A stretch of 64,000 nucleotides of DNA, from NCBI RefSeq assembly GCF_009914755.1, contig NC_060943.1; one strand, written 5' to 3'. The notes below the pieces were generated by a model. That model searched no databases. It had not been told where the DNA came from and saw only the letters and a list, made by a program, of their open reading frames with translations. The number at the start of each line of letters is the position of its first letter. Position 1 is the first letter of the stretch. This document shows positions 39,366 through 56,118 of the stretch, piece by piece. A program made the translations under genes and the position numbers. This DNA is from the human T2T-CHM13v2.0 reference genome, Homo sapiens.

Positions 39366-41174
39366 TACAGACCAACCAGGATCTTCATGAGGACCAGTGA
39401 GCACAGGAGTAGGAAAGGGGTCACTAGCATCACTGAGATGCAGGTGGTGGCCATTCCTCATAGAAAACGAGATTTTTGGGGAACCTCCCATAGTGCTGAG
39501 CTCCATAGTGCCCACGGGGATGACAGAATCTGAGAATGGCTGGGACCAGGACTTTTGTCATCAAAAGCCAGCTGGAGGGTATAGGCAGTAAAATTGGAAT
39601 GCAGCAAAGGGAGGCTGACCTGCAAAGCACTAGGAGGGATCTCATAAAACCTGTTACCCTTAGAGGCAAGACAGGTGGAAAAAGAGTAAGTATGTCACTT
39701 AGTAGACATAATCAAGAGGAGCAGAAAGCCAAGGTCAGCTGTCCGCCATAGAATGTCATGATCCCTTGCTCAGTGAAGACCTGAGACAGTCCTCACACCA
39801 CTATATGTTTTTCTTTTTATAACCTTTATTAAAATACAGTTTATTTTTTCATTTACTTGGCACATTTGTATAATTGTGAAATTGTTTTCTTAGTAGTTTT
39901 AGTTACATATACTCAGTATAATGTTAGCTTTTAGGAACCCCTCTTTAGTAAAAATAAAACAAAAACGTAAGCAATTTTAATTGGTAGGAGTTGCAGAGCC
40001 CACAGCAAAGGACAGAGCTGTGGAAAATGTCTGACTCTTCCCAGCACGGAGTCGGGCCGTGGCTCCTTTCACATGTCCCCAGACCTCAGCTAGAATTGAA
40101 TGCTCTAAAACAGACAGGCCAGATGATTATTTAAAATGTTTTGGAAACAGTTTTTGACCTGCAAATATTTAGTAATGGCAATATTTCACATGTCTCATGT
40201 GGACAAAATGTCTACATTGTGAAGATATTTTTCTTTTACTTTACTAATAATTTTTAAAACTGACTTTATTGTTTTAAGTTTTGTAAAGTCACATGAACTA
40301 AAAGGCAATTGAGTTAACGTTTCAATTTTTCTGATAAAGACTTGATTGAAGTGTTTATTTTTAAGCCAATGAATGAGAGATTTATCATATATTTTGAAGT
40401 GAAACGCTATATACACATGACTCATCTAAATATACAGACTGAGGTCAATTTTATAGATTTAGAACTTTTTTTATTTGTTGGGCTTTTAATATTTTTTAAA
40501 AGCTTTACATCCTTTATTTTTGATAATTTGTGATTTCCCTGGTGCAATTATTTGGAGCCCACAGCAGTTGGGATCTGTGTATGCAGCAGAGGGTGCCCCT
40601 CCAAGCCTCTGGCTCTCTAAGGCCTCCTTCCATTTCAAGGGTAATTAAAATAAGGCTGATTGTTAGGGATTCTGGTGTGATGAACCCCAGCCCTCTCCCA
40701 CTTCTGGGGGCTAAGTGTTTACATGCCATCGCCCTTTGTTCCCCTACTGGGCCTCACATCACCTTCTTCCTCTTCTGGACTCAAATCTCTCTCTGCTTCC
40801 CCTTCCTAAGGACACTTGGGATTTCACGAGGGTCTAGCTAGATAAGCCGGGAGAACCTCCCACTGTTAAGATAATTAACTTCCTCACATTCACAAAAGCT
40901 CCTTTGCCACAGAAAGTCACTCTCACAGGCTACAGGTCATAGTTCGCAGTTACAGGAACTTGAAAATATTCTGCCTTCAAGTCCACCAGCTTTTGTAAAA
41001 AGCATCTGTTTCCTGTCCTGTGTAGTTGAGCACACTAAAGTCTTGTTCCCTTAGTCATTCCTCCTTCTGCTGCCCCTGTGGGGAGGGTCTTGCTGCCTGT
41101 ACCCACCTCTGACATTTGCACTCTTAGACAACATAGCCGCTAATTTGTTGGAAAGGCGTTAAATTAAAAAAAAA

Positions 41175-41315
41175 AAAGTGCTATTTACCGCCTCCCTCTT
41201 TGACAGAAGACTGTCTGTCAAAGTAACCCCGCCCCAAGTGACTTTTTAAGGGGTGGCTCACCAGGAGGGAGTCAGAGCAGAACTTGGACTGAGTCCTGCA
41301 GGACACAGGTATTAG
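41175..41315 (+). promoter_or_regulatory. Promoter and exon 1 of copy D
   Basis: ccccgcccc GC box, gactttttaagggg, ggctcacc, donor CAG|GTATTA at 41309. Confidence 0.55.
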
Positions 41316-41662
41316 CTTTTCTCTTTTATTTGCTTTATGTTTCATTTACTTCTTTGGATCGAATAGCTCCAATTGTATTGCTGTTATTTGGTTTTTCATT
41401 TTGTTGTTGGGTTTTTTGATGTGGTGTTTTTTTGTTTTGTTTTGTTTCTTTTTGTCTTTTTAGAAAGAGGGTTTCCCTCTATTGCCCTGGCTGGAGTACA
41501 GTGGTGGAATCACTGTTCACTACAGCCTCCAACTTATTCCTGGGCTCAAGCAATCCTTCTGTCTCCATCTCCTGAGCAGCTGGGACTCTAGGCATTTGCC
41601 ACCGTGCCCAATTTTTTTTTAATTCCTTTTTAAAAATATTTTAATCCTTTCCGGAAAAAAAT

Positions 41663-41959
41663 ATGTTTTCCATGGACTTGCTTATTTCCTTTATACAGTC
41701 CATTGTCGTTGAATTCTTATTTGAATTTGTGATACACCCTCTCATAGGGAACATAACAAATTTCCTCCCACAGCAATTAATGACGAGTGCGATGAGAAGC
41801 ATAATGACAATGATTAACTTGATAATTAAAAATCTAATCAACCAACTGTTGATGATTGTACTAAACAAAATAATTTCATTTTTACACAACCAGTTGTATG
41901 TGAACTATGTTGAAAACAGGATGCATGACTGGCGGCCAGAACAAAGAAGTTTGGTTTAA
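41663..41959 (+). CDS. Candidate intact 98-aa small helical protein, family copy D
   Basis: ATG-to-stop ORF MFSMDLLISFIQ...NFLPQQLMTS...LINQLLMIVLNKIISFLHN...RPEQRSLV*; start and stop fall at positions homologous to copy A. Confidence 0.5.
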   Translation: MFSMDLLISFIQSIVVEFLFEFVIHPLIGNITNFLPQQLMTSAMRSIMTMINLIIKNLINQLLMIVLNKIISFLHNQLYVNYVENRMHDWRPEQRSLV

Positions 41960-42244
41960 TTTCTATCTATACACCCAGTAAAATATCTGTAATACCACTG
42001 GAAAACCTTAAAATACATTATCTATTTCTTGTAAAAGAATGATGAAATGTGAATTTGAACAGCATAAATATGTACAAGTATCTCTTCTCAACGGAAAAAA
42101 TTATGTTTGTGGATGAAATATGAACCGAGTTTGTGGATGAAATATGAGCAGCATGAATATGCACAGATATCTCTCCTCAATGGAAAAAATCACGTACAAA
42201 ATATAAGAACCCAGTTTGTGGATGCGTGAATAATGATAAATTGA

Positions 42245-42545
42245 GGCCGGGCGCGGTGGCTCACGCCTGTAATCCCAGCACTTTGGGAGGCTGAGATGGG
42301 CGGATGACCCGAGGTCCGGAGCTCAAATCCAGCTCGACCAATGCGGTGAAACCCCATCTCTAGTAAAAATACGAAAATTAGCCGGGTGTGGTGGCGCATG
42401 CCTGTAATCCCAGCTACTCGGGAAGCTGAGGCAGGAGAAATGCTTGAACCCTGGAGGTGGAGGTTAATAGTGTGCCCAGATCGCACGACTGCACTCCAGA
42501 CTGGGTAACAGAGTGAGACTCCGCTTCAAAAAAACAAAAAACAAA
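42245..42545 (+). mobile_element. Alu (AluS-like) in the 3' part of copy D
   Basis: Full dimer; TSD ataa(t/c)gataaat. Confidence 0.95.
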
Positions 42546-42874
42546 GAATAATAATAATAACGATAAATCCTATATGTTACGGTAAAAATCTTCATGAGAA
42601 CAAATTTACTATCATTTTTTCTACTGAATGGATGATCATGAAAAGGAATTTATTTTTATTTCGTATGATGGACTGAGCATCATGAAAAAAAATACTACCT
42701 TTTGGATTGTTGAACTTCCATCCTGAGAAATTTACTATTGTGCTGCATGCTGCAGTGATGATCTTGTGATCTCAGCAATGCCCATGGGGCAATTTACATC
42801 GGGACTCGTTTCATCTCTAGACCTTCACTTACCTGAGAAAGACAAGTGTCTTTTGATAAATAAAATATTGTTAA

Positions 42875-43212
<338 letters not shown>

Positions 43213-43674
43213 CATGATTGTTTCCAGGGTGATTTGCTACACATGTTGGGGTGAGTCTCTGGGTTGTGTGCCGAGGAGGGGAGGCTCTCAACATGGAGAG
43301 AACCCGTGAAGTGGGGGAGGAGGTTTCCATGGGGTCTGAGAGGCTGAGGGCCATGAGCCTGCCTGGGTTTAGGAAATGGGAATGTTTCACAGGGTGAACT
43401 TGGGGTTTGAGTCCTGAGGGTGTTTGAGAACTTTTTTCTTCAGGAGGGGAAGCTTCAGGGGAAATAAAGACAATCCTGGATGCCTCAAGGGGCATTTCCT
43501 AATTTCAGAAAAATCAAACCAGGAACAGTATGAAAATGGCCTCCTTGAAGACGGTGTTCCCTGAGTACCTAGAACCCAAAACCGGTCAGTTGGGGAGGAA
43601 GCCTTCAAGGGCCACATTTTGGCTGGGAAGGAGGACAGTGAAGCTCTACCGCCAGGCAGGAAGCCCAGCCAGTG

Positions 43675-46600
43675 TGTTCCCAGACCAAACTCAGGGTCTG
43701 GCTGCTATTTCTCACGGCCCAATAACGAGATGCAGATAAACTGGGGAGGAAGAGAGTTTTTTATTTCTGGAACCGGTTACAGAGAGAAGGCCCAGAAAAT
43801 ATCTCCAGACCAACTGTAAATTACAAGGTTTTCCAGAGCTTATATATTTTCTAAGATGTATGTCTACGTGTCAGTGTGCATTTATCTAAAGATATAAGTG
43901 ATTAACTTCTTTTAATCTGTAACTCTAGTCTAAGTCTTGGAGACCTTTCTCTGGAGCCTCAGTACATTTACTTAAATCTAAATGAGTCCAGGTGCTGGGG
44001 CAATTACCCTGACCTTGTCTCCTGCTCAATCACAGAGGTTTGGGGGGGGTTCCTTTAGACCCCCAATGAACTTGTTTGTGGAGGCCTGGCGAGTTTCTTC
44101 AGACCCCCAATTAAATTTGTTTAATCCTAAACAGGTCTGGTTAAGAATTCCTTCTTTGTTTTGTCATGCTGTAAGGCCCAGGAAAGGCCTAGGTAAAACC
44201 CTTGGTGGGCTTTTGTTACATTCTAGCCTTTGTAGAAAGGCGCTGGCACTTTCAGCTTTTGATACTGAACTTAACCACTCAGTCAGTACTGAAGTAGTTG
44301 TGATGGGGACCTCCATTAGTGAAATCTGGCCTGCCACAATCCCCACTGTCAATTTGCGCATGATTTCTATCATGCTTGTATATTTATTTATCACAAGAAT
44401 CATAGGGAGATGGAGCATTGTAATCTTTCTGGCTACTTCCTGCTGAGAGGGGGTCATCGTTATGGGGCACCGAATGCAGCACTGGAGTGGAAAAAGTCGA
44501 TTTGTTCCCAGTAGCACTCTCTGTTTCGGGGGTGTAGAGGCAGCACCTGCTAAAACATAATAGTAGGCAACAGCAACACATATAAATAGGTTGCTGCTAC
44601 TTCCTTCAGAAGTTTCGGTTGTCTAGTCTTCAGTTCACAGGGCTTTAAGAAAGCACAGCTTAGGTTTCAGTGATTTCCAATTAAGAAAAATGGGGAAAAA
44701 GGGAAAGAAAAAGGAAACAAATGAAAAGATTATTTAGGAGACTTGTAGCCAGAGAAATACGAATTTAACCCAAATTGTAGAAAATAATAAAAACTGAATG
44801 CCAGACTAGAATTTAAAAACAGGTGTACTATAGTTTCCAAAAGTTTTTGAAACATAACTTCCCTCTCTCCAGTTACCCTTTTTTGTTGTTGTTGTTGAGA
44901 TGGAGTCTTGCTCTGTCACCCAGGCTGTCGTGAAGTGGCACGATCTTGACTCACTGTAACCTCCGCTTCCCTGCCTCAGCCCCTTGAGTAGCTGGGATTA
45001 CAGGCACCCGCCATCATGCCCGGCTCATTTTTGTATTTTTGTAGAGATGGGGTTTCACCGTGTTGGCCAGGCTGGTCTTGAACTCCTGACCTCAGATGAT
45101 CTGCCCCCTCAGCCTCCCAAAGTGCTGGGATTACAGGAGTGAGCCACTGCACCCGACCCCAGTTTCCCGTTTTTACTAAAGACAAATTACGACAGGACCA
45201 ATTTGCTTTATTATGCTTTGCCACTTTATTTGTACGAGGTGCAGCAAGAATAATTATTTTTCACATAGGCTTTTAAAATTGGTTTTAATGGGACTTTGTT
45301 TTATAGAAGGAATCTGAGATAAGACTTTTTAAAGCTGAGCCCCTGCCATGGATTTCTACCATCAAATACATATGGTTGGGTGAATTCCTGTCCTCTTGAA
45401 GTTTCAAGATAACTTGGGATTCCTGACCTGTCAGAATGTGACATTCTTTTCTTCCCACAGATCAGTAACCCTGTACAGGGACTGTGTTCACAGGATATAA
45501 GGTCAGTTTTCCAAAGGCTTTATTAGCTCCACAAGTCAAGTTTGATTCCTTAAAGGAAAGCACAGCATTCTGGTCAAAACCTTGGTAAAATAACCAGTTT
45601 TTCAAATTGTGTCCTGTTACCAAAGAAAACACATTCTTATTGCACTTATGCAAATAACTATATTGCCATAAATTAAGAATACCCACAAATAGTTTCCAAA
45701 TGGGGAAATCGGGTAGAGAGAAACAAATAATGCTCCAAATGGTGTTCATAGGAGTATATTTTGATTAATCGTTAAAAGCTGTCAATAGCTCAAAAGAAAA
45801 TTTGCCTTGACTCTGAAAAGCAAAACAAAGGATCAGCAACGTTTTAAGCAAAAAGTCAAAAAGATCACTTCAGCCTCCTATTAGTTCACTTCATGCAGTT
45901 AATTCCTGTCCTGCTTGATATCAATGAACATTTTAGCTCTCCAAGTGTCCCGAACATTTTTCCTCTCTTCTGATGTCACAATCTCCAAAGTTATCAAAAT
46001 TTGCATTTAAGAGCACCTGTTAGGGCTTTATAGCTGATTATAAAATTACCTTCTAAAGAGGGCCAAAACAAGGTAACATGTGTATATGGGTGACTGAACG
46101 TTTTAGGGTAGTCATAGTCAAAGACACAATTGACAAGGAAATCTGTTACCTCTGTGGCCCACAATAATTTAACATGACAATTATAATTATGACTGATAAT
46201 GTACACTGAGATATAGCAGAATTATAGGAGTCTCCCATAACTTTGGAACCCTCATCAATAACATATTTATAGAAATATAGCCCAAAGAAAGCTAAAAATC
46301 ATTTTATATTTCACAATGCTTCCTGTATGATTTTTGTACCAAATAAGCCAAATTTCACCTTTACATTAGTGTACTATTAATGTTAAACCTAATTCTTAAT
46401 AAAACCTGATAGACATATTTACCCAATTTTAATGTTTGACCATAAGGTAACATTTTTATAGACTTTCTATAACCCTTTACAATTTTTGTTAAAGAGCAGG
46501 TTAGTGCTCTAAGAGAAACCCATTGTGTTTTTATTTCAATGCTCAATTTACAGAAATGCTGAATTATACCCCTTCAACTTTAGTCAATATGTTTACACAC

Positions 46601-49050
46601 AAAAATATTTTAATTAATTTTTTCATAAACCTTTCACAACTTGCTTAAACATTTAGCTTTATTTTATCCAACTTAAAGCAATTCTTTAACCTTTTAATCT
46701 AGGCAAAAAAAATCCATCTTCTCATAAGAGCTTTAGAGACTCTTAGGCTTCTTTACTAGGACAGCTGAGCTCTAAAGCATGTGAACTTCACCCACCACAA
46801 CTGTTTGCTCCATCTCAAGCTCAGAACCCTGCCCTGTCTGCCTAACCACAAGTGAGTATTTCCTGCCTTGATTTCCTGACATTTCTATATTTAATTCAGC
46901 TTGTTAAGTTCCAAGAAATCCCCTGGCAATTTTTATTATTGACCTCTTCTTCTTTGCACAGGTATCCAACCCAGTATCTACAAATAAATGCTTCACTCAT
47001 CTACTCCTTTCATGAAACATTGCAAATCTTTTTCTTACTAGTGCTTGGGCTTGCTTTTTTTTTTTTTTTTTTTTCTTTGCAAGGAAACATATAGATGAGC
47101 CTCAAGAGATTTAGAAATCTTTTCAGAGTAACCAGCTGAATGTCAGAAAGTCATATTTGGAGGCCAATCTAGTTAGATTAGATAAATAGTTTTTAATTTT
47201 AACAAACTGTCTTCCTTTTCTAACTGGACCTCTGATCTCACAGAAGCCAACAAAGTATTTGCAGTTTATAGGATCTAATTTTAAAATATGTGAAGAGTAG
47301 GCACATCTGGAAGGCAGGGCATCTAGATCTTTGAAAATCAAAAATCCCGAATTTCACATTGAATCTGAGGTCTCTAAAAGAAGGGACATGCCACAAGACC
47401 AAGCCACACAATTTTTCCACACTGCACAATGCTGTAGAAACATGTCTTCAAGGCTAGTAGCACAGCAACAATCAGCCCACTTTTAATCAGACCATCCCCA
47501 AAGGAAATCATATTCATTGGTGGTGTTTTCACAGCCTTTAAACTGTGTCCAAACTGCACCTTTCTCATCTAAACTTGCAAAGAAACAAGGAGCCCCCTGC
47601 AATCACAACCATTTATTGCAACGGCTCTCAGCCATCTCCAAACTGCAGCCCTCACCAGTGACCCAGCAGCCGTTGCACTCACAAAGGATGTGTCTCTCAC
47701 AGTACAAAGTAATGCCTGGTACTCACAAAACCAAAGCAATCAGCCAAGATGAAATAAAAGAGAGCAGAGCTGCAGACCTGGAGGAGCCTGTCCCTGACTC
47801 TGGACTCCACAAGGAGAACAGGAGACCCCCAAAAGGGGTGAGTGGGATCTTTTTGTGTATTTCTCAAGGAATTTCAGAGTCACTTAAAATTCCCTCTAGA
47901 TCCCTTCATGTGATACCAAAGATGCCAAAAGGAAGGTAAAGAAGGGAAAAGAAGAAGTACATGGGAGAGGAATTCCTTTTAAAAAGAAGTGAGCAGAGGA
48001 ACCAAGCACCTATTTGTTTTAATTCAAAATCTAATTTTATTTTGTCAAAATTTCAACTCTTATTATAGATTCAGGGGGTACATGTGCAGGGTAGTTACAT
48101 GGGTATATTGTACCAAGCAATTAATTTCTAAAACGGAGTTTCACTCAAATCCAAATATTTTTCAAAACAGGAGGCAAAAGAGAAAATCCAGAAAGACTGT
48201 ATGTACATATAATTAAATATTAGCTTTTCATGAAGCCGACTTCTGACCATAGAGCTCTTTGAAAAAGAAAAATAAAACCTTCCAGATCTCTTATAATCAG
48301 ATTTTAGCCAACACAAAGAATTGCGATTTCCACTCTTTAAACTTTTTTTTACCAAAGGTAATCTCACCAATACTAAATAGGTAAAAAAGTCAAATGCCAC
48401 GCAAACATTAAACCAAAGGCGCTGGGGCCCTGACTGGGAATTGAACCCAGGCCATGGTGGCGAAGGCATAAACTTGAAGCTAGGCCACAATATAAGGCAC
48501 CTTTCATTGTGAATCCCACAGAATATTGAAAGCAGGCAGTATGAACTTCAAAAGATTTTTTTGGCAGGGGGTCAGATTTTTTATCTTTAATTTTATCAGA
48601 AGGATTTTTAATGCAAGCCATGAAATCGTTACATATCTCCTTTGAAATTTGATTGTCCCATGAGTACAAATAGGTCAATTGTTTAGAATAAAGGAATCTA
48701 AAATCTTTTTATAAATTTAGAGATTTTTCTAATTTAACAGATCCATCCTTTGACCACTGCTTAGAATTTGCGATGCCATACTTCTTCCAGTAGTGATTCA
48801 ATCCAACACCTACTTCATAAAAAGCCAAGGATGTAATTTTTTCAGTTTAGTGTAAGCTTTACCATTTAAGAAGTAGGTATTTTTGTAAAGGGCCTGAAAG
48901 AGGCAATCCCAAAGATCTCCTCCCCTCCAAAAATTACTCCCAGAATTCGGCTAAGATAGCAAAAGACCCTTGTTTCCACAGCTAAGGATGGAGTTTGTGT
49001 GCATGTGGTGTCTCCAGTAAGACAAATCTGTGGGTCCTCCAGTCACAGAC
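43675..49050 (-). mobile_element. PABL_A-like ERV: 3' LTR 43675-44338 plus internal region; 5' LTR not found
   Basis: Minus-strand LTR tgtggcaggccag...gggaaca preceded by a purine-rich tract; non-coding MER4-group internal sequence; right boundary approximate. Confidence 0.75.
44878..45158 (-). mobile_element. Alu inside PABL internal region
   Basis: Antisense Alu flanked by ccagtt(a/t)ccc. Confidence 0.9.
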
Positions 49051-49599
49051 CCGTTACTCTGTGGCGTGTCACTTAGAATCCTTGTGTGTCTCACCCTCAG
49101 AAAATTCAGAGCTTATATCTCCTAATCCAGTTTTACCCCAAGCCTTTGTTCCTGGGTGAGCCAATTTGGAGATTCAGGAGGTATTATATTGTAGTTGGTA
49201 AATCAATTGTGATGTGGGGTCCTGTCGGGTTCGATATCACAAGCAGTATCAGCATGTGAGGACCAGAGCTGTGAACTCAACGCTGTCAATCGACAGCTTT
49301 TAGGAGTTTCTGTGAGGACTGGGTGGATTCAGGGACCCTGAAAACCATACTTGTCACCCTTCTAGTCCTGTGTGTCTGGAACTAGAAACTCTTTGGTAAG
49401 CATGGGTTCTCTCTCAGGTCCCTGGACATCCCTAAAAAGAGAGAGCATGTTTACATTGCAAGTGAACTGGCATTTCCTTTCTCTCCTGCAAAATGGTCTC
49501 GTTTGTCAACAGGGGATACATCTCTCTTCCTTTTGGGAAGTGGGAGGATGTAGGTTATTCAGTGCTGGTACTTTGATTTAGTTCCTACATTTGATCCCT

Positions 49600-49735
49600 C
49601 TACTTGGTGTGTAAGGTAGATGCTATTATCCTCATGTTAGAGATATGGAAATGGGCTCAGGGTGGATGAGATATTGGTTACTTTGGGAGAAGTAGCAAAT
49701 GATAGAGCCAGTACTGAGCCCTGGACTATCTCCAA
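49600..49735 (+). mobile_element. MIR fragment
   Basis: ggtagatgctattatcctcatgttagagatatggaaatgggctcag core. Confidence 0.65.
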
Positions 49736-50117
49736 AAACCATGCCAAGAGTTTCGTCTGGGGACCTGAGCCTGATCATCTTACTTCCATGAAATGGGGCC
49801 TATTTTCAGGCGATAAACAACTCTACAGAAAATGTGCCATTTTAATGCAATTCCTTTTTTCAGTGTTACTCTCCTACCTTTACAACTATTATATGCTCAA
49901 AGTTAAGCTAAGTTTCGTGGAAAACAGAAAACAAAATGCTTCATAATTATAAGTCATGAGATCTACATAGCATTTAAAATTTCTCTAAGGCAAAACACAT
50001 AGATGAAATTAAATGGTGAAAGTCAACCTGTAAAAAAGTGTTTTAAATTTTAAAAACATTTGACTATCTTTGAAACATCTATCTATCTATTACATCTCCT
50101 TATAATATAAAAAACCC

Positions 50118-50421
50118 AGCTGGGCACGGTGGCTCACACCTGTAATCCTAGCACTTTGGGAGGCCGAGGCAGGTAGATCATGAGGTCAGGAGATCGAGAC
50201 CACCCTGGCTAACAGGACGAAACCCCATCTCTACTAAAAATACAAAATATTAGCCTTGCTTGGTGGCACATGCCTGTAGTCCCAGCTACTCTGGAGGCTG
50301 AGGCAGGAGAATCACTTTAACCCAGGAGATGGAGGCTGCAGTGAGCCGAGATCATGCCACTGCACTCCAGCCTGGGTGACAGAGCGAGGCTCTGACTCAA
50401 AAACAACAACAACAAAAAAAA
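50118..50421 (+). mobile_element. Alu (AluSc/Y-like)
   Basis: Full dimer with A-rich tail. Confidence 0.95.
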
Positions 50422-50749
50422 ACCTTCAACATTTATACAAACAAATAAATGTCTCTAGTATAAAAATTAACAGAAGCTATGAGAAGGCAGATCATAAATG
50501 AAGTGCAAATGCTGAATGAGCACAGGCAAAGATTCTTATCCTCAGTAATAGATAATTAATCATAAACTTAAACGATGTATTAAAATATATATTCTCTGTT
50601 TAAAAAGTAAAAGACAACATACTGCTTTAGTAAGCCTTAATTAAACAAACTTTCATGGTAAAATTTCATTAGAGAATTTGTGCAGGCTTTGGGGAAAATC
50701 ATGTATTCATTGGTTTGGCATCTCTGTCTTTAAAAAGCCACTTGAGTGT

Positions 50750-54779
<4,030 letters not shown>

Positions 54780-55361
54780 TCAGTATTTCATTTTCAAGAA
54801 GTTTAAAAGCACATAACGAAATATATGGTTTTTCAGGATGCAGAGTGTGGTTGAAAATAATAACAGTAAGAGTATTCTAATATTTTGCATATTGGCTACT
54901 GAGAGTGGGGTGGGGAATGGAATTGGGTTGGGATACACAGCAGAGTTGGGGATACTGGTTCTGTTCTTTCTTAAGGTGGGTGAAGATAGTCTTGTTGTTT
55001 TCACTGTTGCTCTCCAAGGGGCAGGACACTGATTGCAGCAGCCCAGCCAGGTCCTATGCGAGGCCACCGCTGTCCTGGCCACCCCGGGACAGGGGCCTTG
55101 GCTACTCTCCCACACCTGTCTGGGCTGTTCCTCGGCGCTTCTGAAATCCCATCCCAGCCAGGGAAGGAACCCTGGTGGGGTGGAGTGGAGGCGAGGCACT
55201 CTGTAACCCCATCGGGGTGTGGAGCAGCTCTAGGTCCCAAAAGGCCACTAGGCATGCGCAAGGTCGCACATGCAGAAGAGAGACCCCTGCTCAGAGGCCA
55301 GAGCCGGCATGAGGCGGTCAGAGAGGATCCCCTAGTGGTGGAGGTGGAAAATTGCAAGGAC

Positions 55362-56082
55362 GGAAAATTCCGCGTGAAAGGCGGACTTTGAACAGATCCC
55401 ATCCAGGGAGCTGCTCTGCTGCAGAGAAAACTCGGACCCAGAAGCAGCTCCTCTAGGAACGGATTAGCTTCAGGGTTGTCACCAACCTGCCTTGAGTGAA
55501 GGGCAAGGGGGTGGTCCCTTTTCCACTGGACGCCATTTCCCTGGACAAGGGGCTCTCAGCACAGGACCTAGGCAGTGGCTGGGGGCTGGCACAGTGGTGG
55601 ACTCTCTATCCCAGGCCAGCCGAGGCTCCATGGAGCTGCCCTAAGGCTCAGCCTGGGCGGATTCTGACTTAGAGGCTTCAGTCATCATCCCGCAGATGGC
55701 AGCTTCACCCATTGGCCCCTCAGCCAAGCACAGGCACCAAGTATCTGAATCTGCAGGGCCTCTGGTACTGGGCAGGATCGCCATGGCAACAACACATCAT
55801 CACCAGGGTAAACCTAGCCTGTCTCACCTGGTCTAAACCAGCTCAGGTTCTCTGAGTGGGTGAGCAATCGTAGAAATTCTGCCTTACAATGAAAAAAAGA
55901 ACCCACAGACAGGGATGAAAAATCGAGGGCATTGTGAACGCTTGCTGGCCACAAGCCAGCTAGCCCTGTGGTAACATTTCTGACACCTCCTGCTTAAAAC
56001 CCAAAAGGTCAGAAAGATCCTAAGGCCCCGCTTTCACCTTCTGAATTCCTGCCGCAAATAAAGACCAAGGAGTGAGTTATTT

Positions 56083-56118
<36 letters not shown>

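Noticed and set aside
43982-44517. 154-aa and 117-aa ORFs
   Set aside because: Inside the PABL LTR and adjacent internal sequence; no domain recognisable.
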